From: Bacilli bacterium | GTDB taxonomy: Bacteria; Bacillota_I; Bacilli_A; ML615J-28; CAG-313 | Direction of reading: 5' to 3' | NCBI GenBank assembly: GCA_017463365.1 | Contig: JAFTPH010000038.1 | Coordinates: forward strand, 329-64,328 | Length of the DNA stretch: 64,000 bases | In this document: positions 48,867 through 60,200 of the stretch, one piece after another | Layout: each line of letters begins with the position of its first letter | How positions within the stretch are numbered: the stretch's first letter is position 1 | Position numbers and translations under genes: made by a program | Notes under the pieces: model-generated | What the model saw: the letters and a program-made list of their open reading frames with translations, nothing else | Database searches by the model: none | What the model was told of the DNA's origin: nothing

Positions 48867-51800
48867 TTATTCCCTCCATCCTGAATTATTCTTGTTATAA
48901 ATATAGTTCTTAGCTGGAATAATATTTCCATCTACTTCTACTGCTGCATCAGAGTAGTTAAGAATAATTTCAATATTTGTTGCCCCATTTGTATAAGTTA
49001 CTTTATAAGTGTTATTAGCAACTCTTTCATGTGACATTAATTGACATTCATGAATTCCGATTTCATCAACCACGTCAACAATTTCAAATACATCTTCAGT
49101 CCATTTACTATATTGTGTATAGTAATAATACTTGTAATCTGTTTGAATTAACTTAGATGAATCTTCATATGAGAATGTGAAGGCTGCATTTGATCCTGTT
49201 TCAAGGATATGCATAATATGCCACTTGCTACCCTTTTCATCATTAGCGTTAATCACTTCACCAGAATAGTCAAATAATCCACTAACTACTAATTGATAGA
49301 ATGGAATAGAGTAATCAAGTACTTCATATTGAGTTGAAGCATAAGGAACTTCTAAAGCATTATTTGTATATTTGAATGCGAAATCATATGGATTGTATAA
49401 TGTAATACTATTAATTCCATTTTCTTTTGCGTATTCTAATGCTTTAACTGTTTCTTGTAAAGCAGTTTCTTTAAATACTTCGTTACGACGTTTATAGTCA
49501 CTAGCTAAAGCAGAACCTAAATTCTTAATTGATAAGCTAGCTAATCCCATATCGTCAACATAATTTTGAACTAAGTTTTCCATGAATACACCATAGAAAC
49601 GTGGAGATAATGTATATACTGCGTTTTGGTTTTTATCATATACACCTGATGATAAATCATAAGGGTATTTTTCAATATATTCACCAGCTACGTCTCTTGA
49701 TGTGTAACGGCTTTGTCCGAATGATTCTTGATATTTATTTAATTCACTGAAGTTTACATCCATGTATAAATTAATATCATTATTTTCAGAATAATTAACA
49801 AGTGAATCAAGATCAGCTTTGTTTCCAAGTTCACTACTATATTTCATGTTTTGGAATGAATAATCAACTAATCCTTTTTTACGCCAACCTAGATAGTAAG
49901 CATTAATATGATTAGCACCATGAGCTTTTAAGTCACTTAAAATTTCTTCAGCTTGTTCGAATGTTGTCATAGCATCATAATCTGTATAACCAACACCTAA
50001 GAAATTGTTACGGAAATCATATGCTCCGATTAATGATACATTTAATACTGTATCTTCTGTTGTATCTTTTTCTTCTAAACCATATCGATCGATAATAAGT
50101 TCACGATATTTTTTAGCAATTGAAGAATAATCTAATTCATCTTGATCTAAGAAGTTGTAATTAACTGTTATATCATTATGAATTCTATCTTCTGTCCATT
50201 TAGTATAAGTAGTTGCGTAATATCCAACCCCAATAGTTGTCTTTTGACTTTCACGATAGAAAGCGCTAAAGAAAACTTTATTGTGTGAATCAGTGATTTT
50301 ACTTACGTTAGCACTAATTCTTAATTGGCTTGTTCCAGAGATAGCATCTACTAATACACCTGATTGAATTCCATCATTACCAGGAATATATGTATTTACC
50401 ATTGCGTACATCGGTAACATAATATCTTCTGTTTCTGTTGTTTCAATTTCTGACATTTTTGATAAATCTGTTGTGTAAACTGTTTTAGAATATTGAACAT
50501 ATGTTGTTTTACCATTATTGAAGTTCATAACTGCACCACTTCCATCTGGGATTACTACGTAACCTTCTTTGTTGTAGTGAGCAGATGTTAGATAAGGTAA
50601 AATTTCAACTGTTGTAAGTGGGAACTCTTCAAGTTCTGAAATCGATTCATCAAGAATTGTTGCTGAGAATCCATTTTCATTTAATGAATATTCAATAGCA
50701 ATTCCAAATTCCCCTTTATTAGATACTGTTTCAACACCGAATTCGCTGTTATCAGCAAGTAAATCTTCTTCAGTATATAAACATTTTTGATAGTAGTAAG
50801 AATATAAGTTCTTACGAACGATTAATCTTAAACCTTCATAACTACCTTGTAATATATAGTGATCATAACCAAATGTGTTCCATTCGTATTCTTCAGATTC
50901 TAAAATATAATATTGAGTAGTCCATAATGTAATTTCTTTACCAGAAAGTACGTGTGTATAAGGAATTGTTCCTCCAGCTTTCTTATAAAGATCGCCAGTT
51001 GTTGTATCATAATAATAGAAATTATTGATACCTTCTTCCGCTAAAGGTGCACCTTCACCAAAGTAACCATATGCATATACTGGTAAGTTATCAGGTAAAT
51101 TGTTGTAAGAAACATTTGATTCTAAATATTTAAGCCATGTTAAATTATCAGTATTGATAGCTTCCCAAACTTCTTTAACTTGACCTGCACGGTTTGTTTC
51201 TGTACCTTTAACGTACATTACTTGTTCTTCACTATCGATATAGTAGTTACCAACATTTCCAAAATCATCACTTGGAGCACCAGTACCTACATACCACATT
51301 GTGTTATCATCAGCTTGTTCAGCATCACTACTTGTAGCACCTGATAAATTAGCAACAACTTCCCAAGCACCATCAGTAGTATATTGTTTGTTACGAACTA
51401 AGAATTCAGGTAAATTTTCATCAACACTTAAATCTAATCCTGAGATATCTTTAATTTTTGTTGCGTTAATTTTTTGTGGAATATATGTATAGTCAATACC
51501 ACGTTGTTTGAAATAGTAATAAACTTGAACTGAAGTTACTTTACCATTTTCATCTTTAATTTCCTTAATTTGGAAATTAGGAGTTAATGCTTCTTCACCT
51601 GTACGGTCTGTATCAGAAATAGCATATGTATAGCTATCCCATAGAGTTGTTCCTCCAAGTGAACTAGCATAATAAACGTTAACTAATGATTTTTGTTGAT
51701 TTAATACTGTTTTGTTAGGACTGAATTCTTCAGTTTCTTGTGGATTTGAATACCAAACATTACCAGTTTGTTTTTCCACAACTTTGAATGTAGTCCATTT

Positions 51801-52301
51801 TTTACTGAAATAGAACTCATATTTACCATTTTCCATTAATGGTTCAGTTCCAAAACCTAAAGATTCTTCAATATATATTTTAATATATTCAGCTTCAGTA
51901 GGAATTTCTTTATAAGTAATTTTTCTGCTTGCGGCTTTAGATAAAGTTTCTAAATCAGCGATTTCCGCTTCACTTCCACCATTTGCTTTTAAGTTTGTAA
52001 TTTCTTTTTTAATTTCTGCAATTACATTTTGTAATTGAGTAGTATAGTTGCATTTTTCAACCTTTTCAGCGAACGAATCATTTGCATCGTAAGGGATTTT
52101 TAACGCTTCTTCTTTAGCTTTAGCTTCATATTCAGCGTAAGTTGTAAATCCATCTAATGTGAAATCTCTTGTATCATATTCAGCAGTGATACCTTCATAT
52201 CCACCTAGGAAATATGAAGCAAGTACGATTCCAGCAATTAATACGATTGCAATGAACACAGTTCTTTTTAAGGTTAAAAATTTAGGCCATTTTCTTTTCA
52301 C
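48867..52301 (-). CDS. DUF5696-like large membrane-anchored extracellular protein
   Basis: N-terminal transmembrane anchor, WYSNP, GYVVIPDGSGA, MTTFEQA..I...L, GW..G and IPFYQLV motifs; located between YIP1 and the permeases. Confidence 0.75.
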   Translation of the reverse strand: MKRKWPKFLTLKRTVFIAIVLIAGIVLASYFLGGYEGITAEYDTRDFTLDGFTTYAEYEAKAKEEALKIPYDANDSFAEKVEKCNYTTQLQNVIAEIKKEITNLKANGGSEAEIADLETLSKAASRKITYKEIPTEAEYIKIYIEESLGFGTEPLMENGKYEFYFSKKWTTFKVVEKQTGNVWYSNPQETEEFSPNKTVLNQQKSLVNVYYASSLGGTTLWDSYTYAISDTDRTGEEALTPNFQIKEIKDENGKVTSVQVYYYFKQRGIDYTYIPQKINATKIKDISGLDLSVDENLPEFLVRNKQYTTDGAWEVVANLSGATSSDAEQADDNTMWYVGTGAPSDDFGNVGNYYIDSEEQVMYVKGTETNRAGQVKEVWEAINTDNLTWLKYLESNVSYNNLPDNLPVYAYGYFGEGAPLAEEGINNFYYYDTTTGDLYKKAGGTIPYTHVLSGKEITLWTTQYYILESEEYEWNTFGYDHYILQGSYEGLRLIVRKNLYSYYYQKCLYTEEDLLADNSEFGVETVSNKGEFGIAIEYSLNENGFSATILDESISELEEFPLTTVEILPYLTSAHYNKEGYVVIPDGSGAVMNFNNGKTTYVQYSKTVYTTDLSKMSEIETTETEDIMLPMYAMVNTYIPGNDGIQSGVLVDAISGTSQLRISANVSKITDSHNKVFFSAFYRESQKTTIGVGYYATTYTKWTEDRIHNDITVNYNFLDQDELDYSSIAKKYRELIIDRYGLEEKDTTEDTVLNVSLIGAYDFRNNFLGVGYTDYDAMTTFEQAEEILSDLKAHGANHINAYYLGWRKKGLVDYSFQNMKYSSELGNKADLDSLVNYSENNDINLYMDVNFSELNKYQESFGQSRYTSRDVAGEYIEKYPYDLSSGVYDKNQNAVYTLSPRFYGVFMENLVQNYVDDMGLASLSIKNLGSALASDYKRRNEVFKETALQETVKALEYAKENGINSITLYNPYDFAFKYTNNALEVPYASTQYEVLDYSIPFYQLVVSGLFDYSGEVINANDEKGSKWHIMHILETGSNAAFTFSYEDSSKLIQTDYKYYYYTQYSKWTEDVFEIVDVVDEIGIHECQLMSHERVANNTYKVTYTNGATNIEIILNYSDAAVEVDGNIIPAKNYIYNKNNSGWRE

Positions 52302-52313
52302 AAGTACACCTCC

Positions 52314-52958
52314 TTAGAAGAACCGTGTCACAATTTCTTTGTACAATGAGTACACGAAACCATAAATTTGTTGTGACAAGTCGAAAATTAATAATGCTAC
52401 GAATGCGATAACGCATGTTGCAAGAGCAGTTAAAATAATTGTTGCAAAAGTTTTAATAATACCATATTCATGTAAGCAGATAAGACCCATAAAGATCATA
52501 TATGCCATTAATGCATAACCGATAATATAAACTAATGTTACAAGCATTGCTTCATCTTCAGTAACAAAGTTACTAGCAATTACCCCAATAATACCACAAA
52601 CGATAACTGGGAAGTATGAGTAGCAACCCATCATGAAGATTTCTCCCATTTTTCCTTTACCATTCATTAGAGTAGTGATACTCCAGTTGGCAACTGAAAG
52701 AATGATTACTGGGCACATTGTATAAATGACTGTTGTTAAACTGTTAAATTTAGTAGGATCATTAGTATTTAGTACTGGTCCAGTGTAAACATATTGAATC
52801 ATTGATACGACTGATGCAATAATAAGCATCATAATCGCAACTGACATTTTTGCTTTTTTGTCTTCCTTAAATTCTGTATAAGCTTGAACTGGGTGAGACA
52901 TAATACGAAGAGGGAATTTAACATAATCGGCAAGAATTTGTTTAAAGAATTTTTTCAT
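52314..52958 (-). CDS. YIP1-domain membrane protein
   Basis: HP motif, ANWSITTLMNGKG and five hydrophobic segments. Confidence 0.75.
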   Translation of the reverse strand: MKKFFKQILADYVKFPLRIMSHPVQAYTEFKEDKKAKMSVAIMMLIIASVVSMIQYVYTGPVLNTNDPTKFNSLTTVIYTMCPVIILSVANWSITTLMNGKGKMGEIFMMGCYSYFPVIVCGIIGVIASNFVTEDEAMLVTLVYIIGYALMAYMIFMGLICLHEYGIIKTFATIILTALATCVIAFVALLIFDLSQQIYGFVYSLYKEIVTRFF

Positions 52959-52960
52959 AC

Positions 52961-54820
52961 CTAGTCATCCTCCCTTACTAAACCTTGTTTTTTCTTATTT
53001 TGATGTTTTACAAACATCAATCCACATAATCCTACAGCTGTAATAACAAGTCCCGTCATGATAAGCGCGAAATTTTCTTTTAAGATATTATCACGATATT
53101 GTTGATATGCTTTAGAATAGTATGCAGCATTATGTCCTAATTCGAAATAATACATTGCTTCTTCAAATTGTTCTAAACGAAGTAAGCTCTTACCAATTCC
53201 AACATATCCAAGCTCATAGTTAGAGTTCATCTTAACTACTTCTCTCCAGTACTTTTCAGCACCGATGATATCATTTTCTAAATATAATTTTGTTGCTTGG
53301 TTTACTAAACTACCAAATGTTGATGTACTATAAGAAATAATACTCTTAGATGTTCTATCAACGATTAATACTAATTCTTGTTTTTCAGTATTTTCCTTAG
53401 CTTCGATTGTTAAATAACTAATCGCAACTGGTTCATTAATACTGTTAGATAATTCACCTTTTTCACCAGAGATGTATAGTAAGTTACCTTCAGTATCATA
53501 TGTGAAAATTCTTCCACGTTTTGCATCTGTAACAGAATAGAATCCATCAGGGTTAACGGCGATTGCTGTTAAAGTTGATGCCCCAATTGTTACTTCTTTA
53601 TTTGTATGAGCTGATAAGAATACCGCATCTCCATTAGGGGCAACGTATCCATTTCTTCTTAATACGTCTTTACCAGATGTATTAATTGCTTTGATCATAT
53701 TTGATCCAGCTACGTTTTCTGAATCCGGATAAGATGTTGCATATAAGAATCCATCTTCATCCATTGTGATATTAATGAATTCTGGTGGTAAAGTTAATGC
53801 TTGTTGTTCTTTTTGAATTTCAGACATAATCTTATACCAGAATTGTTTTAATGGGTTAGCTGTAACAACGTTCTTACCTAAGAAACGGTTAAACTTACCA
53901 TTTGCTGAACTATATTCAAATTTAACTTCTTTAGTTTCTTCATCAAGTTCTAAAGTATTTTCATAAGTAGCTTTACTAAATTCAATAATACCTTCATATG
54001 TGTTTTTAGCTACACAGTAAACACGTTTTGTTTTATCAACCGCAATCTTAGTAGGTTTAAATAAACGTTTAGTTGATGTTGATAAATCTGTTTCAGTATC
54101 CCATTGATAGAATACTTCATCAGTTGGAGTTAAGTATACTTCTGTAACAACATAATCTGAAGTCATCTTTAAAATTCTTGAGTTATCAGTATCTGCAATA
54201 TAGATGGAATAACTGTCACCTTCTTCAACAACCGCAAGACCTTGCGCATTATTTAAGAAGACACTAGCACCACTATATTCATCAGTTCCTTCTAAAACTG
54301 ACTCTTTAATAATTGGCATATATGGAGCTTTCTTAGAAAGATCACTTCCTTCAAAATCTGAAGATGTAATTGCTGATAATTCTTTATTAAAATTATAATA
54401 AGCTCTTAATGTGTCATAAACATGTTTTGTAATTTCAAATTCTGTAACTGGTTGTTCAATACATTTCATTTCTTCATTTAAAATTACAATTGAACTAACA
54501 CCTTTTGTTTTTAAAATCGTTTTGTTAATTTCAATTTGTACTTCAGATGAAGTATCATTTTCTGAGTCTAAGATGAAGATTTCGTTATTATAAATAACCA
54601 TATCTTCTAAAGTATTGAATGTTAATGTTTTTGAATCATCATTAATATCTAAGATATCTTTACCGTAATAAGTATCTTTGTAAGTTAGCCCTTCAGCAGA
54701 AGGTAGAGCGTTTTTCCAGAAATCGTAGTTGTAACTTGCACCATTACTGATAAACATAGTAGCAGTTAGCATTACTGAAAAACTTAAAACTAATATTAAA
54801 GCTTTTACATATTTCTTCAT
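52961..54820 (-). CDS. NHL/beta-propeller repeat protein with a TPR-like segment and C-terminal anchor
   Basis: IYIADTDNSRI, FKPTKIAVD, GRIFTYDTEGNLL and NSNYELGYVGIGK motifs; signal peptide and C-terminal transmembrane helix. Confidence 0.75.
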   Translation of the reverse strand: MKKYVKALILVLSFSVMLTATMFISNGASYNYDFWKNALPSAEGLTYKDTYYGKDILDINDDSKTLTFNTLEDMVIYNNEIFILDSENDTSSEVQIEINKTILKTKGVSSIVILNEEMKCIEQPVTEFEITKHVYDTLRAYYNFNKELSAITSSDFEGSDLSKKAPYMPIIKESVLEGTDEYSGASVFLNNAQGLAVVEEGDSYSIYIADTDNSRILKMTSDYVVTEVYLTPTDEVFYQWDTETDLSTSTKRLFKPTKIAVDKTKRVYCVAKNTYEGIIEFSKATYENTLELDEETKEVKFEYSSANGKFNRFLGKNVVTANPLKQFWYKIMSEIQKEQQALTLPPEFINITMDEDGFLYATSYPDSENVAGSNMIKAINTSGKDVLRRNGYVAPNGDAVFLSAHTNKEVTIGASTLTAIAVNPDGFYSVTDAKRGRIFTYDTEGNLLYISGEKGELSNSINEPVAISYLTIEAKENTEKQELVLIVDRTSKSIISYSTSTFGSLVNQATKLYLENDIIGAEKYWREVVKMNSNYELGYVGIGKSLLRLEQFEEAMYYFELGHNAAYYSKAYQQYRDNILKENFALIMTGLVITAVGLCGLMFVKHQNKKKQGLVREDD

Positions 54821-54832
54821 ATTCGCCACCTC

Positions 54833-55855
54833 CTATTTCATACCTGAGTGAGCCATTGTTTCGATGATTTGGCTTTGTGATAATACGAAAACCGATACCG
54901 GAACAATCATCATAATCAACATTACGGCTGCTGATGTACCTGTTCTTGCTACCCCTGTATTTACGATTTGGTGTAAAGAGTAACTTAATGGTTTTAATTG
55001 CTCACTATAAATATATGTACCACCATCGTTATTCCATAATTGTTGGAATAATAAGATGATTAATGTTAACCAAGCTGGTTTAACAAGTGGCATAACGATT
55101 TTCCAATAAATTTGGAATTCGCTTGCGCCATCTAGTTTTGCTGATTCAATGAAGTCATTTGGAATATCTTGCATGAACTGTTTCATTAAGTATAAACCTA
55201 GTGAATAAGCAAATGCAGGAACGATGATTGCCCATTGAGTATCTACAAGTCCGATTAAACTGAAGATAATATATCTTGGAGTATCTGTAACTTGTGCAGC
55301 AAACATTAATGAATAAACTACCATACCGAAGATAATTTTACTTCCAGGGAATTTGTGTTTTGCAAGTGGATAAGCAGCCATTGAAGCAATAACTACATGT
55401 CCAATTGTTCCCATTAAAGTAATGAAGATTGTATTGAAGAAGTATCTTGAGAATGGTACCCAAGAGTCACTCATTACAATACTTAAATCGATAAAGTTAT
55501 CAAATGTAGGGTTCATTACGAATAATTTTGGAGGATAAATGAATAACTCATTTAATGGTTTAAACGCTGCGAAGATTGTATATAGTAGCGGATAAGCACT
55601 AAATGCTCCAAATAAACATAACATTAAGAATAAGGCAATGTCTCCACCAACGCTTCTTGACATTCTCTTTTTCTTTTTAATACGACGACGTTTTTCCATT
55701 TGGTAGAAGAATAACTCTAATTTACCCATTTTAGATTCATCACGAATACCAAACTTCTTTAACTTCTTCTCTTGTCTTTTACGGCGCTTAATCTCAGCTT
55801 TACTTTCGCCAACACCTTTTACTGCGTCGTTATCAATATTCATCTTACGAGCCAT
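54833..55855 (-). CDS. Carbohydrate ABC permease (MalG-type)
   Basis: AAYPLAK and ESAKLDGASE..IYWKIVMP motifs. Confidence 0.92.
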   Translation of the reverse strand: MARKMNIDNDAVKGVGESKAEIKRRKRQEKKLKKFGIRDESKMGKLELFFYQMEKRRRIKKKKRMSRSVGGDIALFLMLCLFGAFSAYPLLYTIFAAFKPLNELFIYPPKLFVMNPTFDNFIDLSIVMSDSWVPFSRYFFNTIFITLMGTIGHVVIASMAAYPLAKHKFPGSKIIFGMVVYSLMFAAQVTDTPRYIIFSLIGLVDTQWAIIVPAFAYSLGLYLMKQFMQDIPNDFIESAKLDGASEFQIYWKIVMPLVKPAWLTLIILLFQQLWNNDGGTYIYSEQLKPLSYSLHQIVNTGVARTGTSAAVMLIMMIVPVSVFVLSQSQIIETMAHSGMK

Positions 55856-55857
55856 GA

Positions 55858-57219
55858 CTAATTGCCTACCCTTCTTAAAATTTTCTTAATTAATCCGTTT
55901 GCTAAAATCATTACTAAGAATAAGATTGTAGCGATTGCAGAAGCATAACCCATTTCCATACGTAAGCTACCATAGTCCATCAAGTGGGTAATGATTGTAT
56001 GCCCGGCATACTCAATTGATGGGAATCCCGCAATTTGGATTGATACAGCTGCGACTGATAAACTTGATGTAATTTGCATTACCGCCCCGAACATTAATTG
56101 TGATTTCATTTGTGGTAAAGTAATAAACCATAGTTCTTGCCAACGGCTCTTAATACCGTCAATCGCACCAGCTTCATATAATTCTTTATTAACTGATTGT
56201 AACCCGGCGATGAAGGCTAGGAACGAAACCCCTAAACTCATCCATAATTGTACAATCATAACAATCCAGATAATGTAATCGGCATTTTGTAACCATAAGA
56301 CAGGTTCTTGAATAATACCAAGTTGCATTAGGATTGAGTTAGCATAACCATAAATATCACTACTGAAAATTAATTTCCATACTAAGTATACGTTACCTGA
56401 AATAGATGGAGCGTAGAATATTAAGGTCATAAATGCTCTTAATTTTGGTTTTAATTCATTGATTAACCATGCGAAGATAAATGCCATTAAGTAACTTAAT
56501 GGACCAGTTACTACCGCAAGTAATAATGTATTTCTGATCGCAATAATAAATACTTTATCATCTACGAAAAGTCTCATGTAGTTTTCCCAACCTACAAATG
56601 AAGGAAACTCTAAAAGGTTGAAGTATGTAAATGATAATACAAGTGACATTACAACCGGTAATACTGTAAAGATAAAGAATAAGATTGTGTAAGGAGCAAC
56701 TAAATAGTAGTATTGACGTTTGATGTACATTTCTCTACGTAAGCGTCCACCACGTTTACTCCAACGTTCAAGTTTGTATCCTAAAGATGCACGTTCTTTT
56801 TCAATTCTTAATTTTTGAACTAATCTTTCATGATCTTTTGAATAAGCAAAGTATGCATCTTCTGCTTCTTGATTTGTTTTATCAGCGTAGTATGCTTTCT
56901 TTAATTCGTCATATTTAACTTGACTTTCAGCAACACGTTTCTTTAATTCAACAATATTTTCTTTAACTTGAGCATCGAAAGCTTCATCTTCTGCTTTCCA
57001 TTCGGCTTTTTTGTTTTTAATAGCTTCACGAAGTTCAGCTTTACGATTCAATTTTTCTGCTCTTTCAAGAGCAGCTTTTTCACGTCTTTCAGCTCTTGTT
57101 GCAGGTGCGCCATTAGCTCTATCAAGCTTTTTATTTTTCATGACATATCTTACAATTCCAAAAGCAATTAACGCGAATATTACTGAGAATACTATATATA
57201 AAATTACGTTAAATTCCAT
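55858..57219 (-). CDS. Carbohydrate ABC permease (MalF-type) with an N-terminal TM and coiled-coil extension
   Basis: FYAPSI, LYEAGAIDG..SRWQELW.ITLP and MGYASA motifs; about 150 extra N-terminal residues. Confidence 0.9.
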   Translation of the reverse strand: MEFNVILYIVFSVIFALIAFGIVRYVMKNKKLDRANGAPATRAERREKAALERAEKLNRKAELREAIKNKKAEWKAEDEAFDAQVKENIVELKKRVAESQVKYDELKKAYYADKTNQEAEDAYFAYSKDHERLVQKLRIEKERASLGYKLERWSKRGGRLRREMYIKRQYYYLVAPYTILFFIFTVLPVVMSLVLSFTYFNLLEFPSFVGWENYMRLFVDDKVFIIAIRNTLLLAVVTGPLSYLMAFIFAWLINELKPKLRAFMTLIFYAPSISGNVYLVWKLIFSSDIYGYANSILMQLGIIQEPVLWLQNADYIIWIVMIVQLWMSLGVSFLAFIAGLQSVNKELYEAGAIDGIKSRWQELWFITLPQMKSQLMFGAVMQITSSLSVAAVSIQIAGFPSIEYAGHTIITHLMDYGSLRMEMGYASAIATILFLVMILANGLIKKILRRVGN

Positions 57220-57222
57220 ATT

Positions 57223-60200
57223 CTACTCCTCTTCATCAGATGCAAGCGGTAAGCCGAATTCTCCACGCTTACGATCGATTTCGTTGTTAATGTTGTTTGC
57301 ATATTCATACAATGTTTCTTTTGCGTTAACTAAGTTATTGATTACTTCACGGAAGGCATTTTCAACTTCACGACCTGTAATATAACTTCCGGCAATATTT
57401 GGCATATGGTGAACACCATATACGTTTTTATAAACTTTTCCATCACTGTTAGCGGCTGTAAATGCGGCAACTTCATTTCCGTTAACAACAACAGATGAGT
57501 CTGTTTCTTCAGAGAATCCCCATTGTTTTAATAATTGATTTAAGTCATCTTTAGGCCATGCAAGTCCTTTTAATGCGTCAATGTTTGCTGTTGCTTGACG
57601 AGCTGCAGATCCTAAGATACCTTCCATTTCTTGACCGAATAATGTTTGTGTTTCTGTGCTAGTCCACCATTTTAAGAATTCCCAAGATGCGTCACGAATG
57701 CTTTCGTCTGCTTCAGCTGGTCCTCTTAAGATTACCGCTCCAGTACCACTTACCACTGATGTATGGTCGATATATACTTCACCATTATCATCTACACGGT
57801 AGCTACCTGGAATTGGATAGTATGACCAAGTACCACGAAGTTCAGGGGCAAATACTGATAATGTATTATATGTTTCATAATAAGCAATACCAATTGGCAT
57901 TTCTCCTGAACGGAAACGGTTAATGAATGATGCATATGATGGGAATGAATATAATGTGTAGAATTCAGTCCATGTTTCAAATGCTTCCATTCCAACATTG
58001 TTTAATAAACCTGTTTCTTTATTGTCATTGATGTATAATTCTCCACCCATTTGGTAAAGTAATGATACAAAGATTGGGTTAAGTGCAGTAGCTCCAGAAT
58101 CATTTACTGGTAAATAGAATTGTAATTGTTCTGCTTGTAAATTAGCAACTAAGTCAATTACTTCATCCCAAGTATTAGGAACTTTATCTGCCCAACCATA
58201 TTTTTCCATGATGTCATCGCGGACGAACATCATTAAGAATAATTCTTTTTCTGGTAAAGCGTAAACTTCAACATTTCTTCCTTCAGCTCCACCCCAGTCA
58301 AATGTGAATAAGGCGTTACCACTATTAGAGAATTGTTTTGCTACTTCTTCATAGTCTTCAAATTGACTAATATCGTATACCGCATTACGTAAACCATAGT
58401 TAACTGGTAATGAGCTATCAACGTTAATCGCAACGTCTGGTCCAATTCCAGCAAGTGTAGATTTTAATAATACGTCTGTACCAGTAATCTTTAAGTCAAT
58501 TTGAACTCCAGTTTTAGGTGTGAAGTTTTCATCGGCTAAACGTCTAATTACGTTAGCTTGGTCACGTCCTAAAGTCATCCAAACTTCGATTGTTTCAGTT
58601 ACTTCTGCATCTGTATCCATTGCTCCAATTGTTGAGTAATCGATAAAGAATGAATAGAAGAAATTAACGATTCCATCCCATAATCCTTTAAAGAATCCTT
58701 CGTTAGCTTTTGGTAATTCATAATCAGGTGTGTGAACCATGATATAGTCAACCATAAGTGGCGCTTCACGTAAGTCAGCAAGGATTGTACCAAGTGATGA
58801 AATGTTGTTACTAAATGTTCCAAGTCTTGATGGAAGGCTTCGAGCCTCATCTTCTAAGAAGTCTTCAAGTTGTACTACGAATGTATCAATAACCCCTGTT
58901 TTATCTGATTGTGTTCCAGATATATCAGAGATAGATTTTGAAACTGTTTCAAGTCTTGTTTTGGCAGTTTCTAAACGTTTCATTAAGTTAAGTTCAGTAC
59001 GATTAGCAAGTTCATAGTCACGTCCAGCATCCGGAGATGTTGTAGTGAACTTGATAATTTCTAAGTATAAGTCATTTAAGTAGGCAACAATGTCTTCAAT
59101 TTCTTCAACTAAGGCTGCATAATCTCCAAGTGTTACTTCCATTGTGATTGTGTGAGTACCTTTTGTTAAGTAGAATTCAAATTTTTCTTGTTCATTACCT
59201 AGTGTTAATAATTGCCAATCTGATGAATAAGAGAAAATAGTTTGTTTTAATTCATCGAATGCAACCTCACCATCGATATAAACAATACGGTTAGAGTACA
59301 TACCTCTTACTGTAGATTGCTTAGCTCTTAAAGAGATGTTATAGTAACCATCTGCAGGAACTTCTACTTCCCATGTAATCCAGTCTCCTAAAACTCTCCA
59401 GCTATCTCCACCGATAGAGTTTAATCTAGTTGCTGAATATTCATATGGATATGTCATTGAGCTTGTACGGTCTGTTTGAGGATATAATGTTGGAGATGAT
59501 TTAGAAATTGCAGCTTCTGCTTCAACTCTTGATGAATATGTTCCAGCTTCTACGTTTTTACCCTCATTTGAAGCTTTATATTCTTCATAACTCATACCTT
59601 CTTGAATACTTTCAACAGTAAGTTTGTCAATAAGTATATTTTCTTTAACCGCATCAAGTTCGATTGTGTTCATTCCTTTTTCAAAATAGAACATATAAGG
59701 TTCAGTTGTATAACCCATATCATCTTTGAAATAAGCAGTTCTTAATTCAGGATTTTCTTGTTGTTTAGGTTTAACATCATTACCTTTAGTATCAACTTCT
59801 GGTTTAATAGTTGTTAAATAGTTATTAGTATCACTAGTGTCAAGTTCAATAATATCTAATCCGTTACCCCAAACACGTGAGAATACGAATGTTGTAGTTT
59901 TATCAAACATTTCTTCTCCGTTAATAGATAATCTTCTTTCAATTGCTGAAGAAGTACCTTTGATTGGATAATAAGTAAGTTTTAAATTATAGAAACCTGC
60001 CTCAGGAACATTAATTTCCCAAGTTACACTACCTTTATCAGGAGTATAAAGTAACTTATCATTAACATCATCTGTATCCTTGATATTTAAAGATTCGTCA
60101 TCTTTATCGTAAACAACAAGTGTTCCTTCTTCTGTTAATTCACTTAAGCTTTTACTGTAATCAACACCAGCAACGCTTACACTTACTCCTTTTGGAGTAC

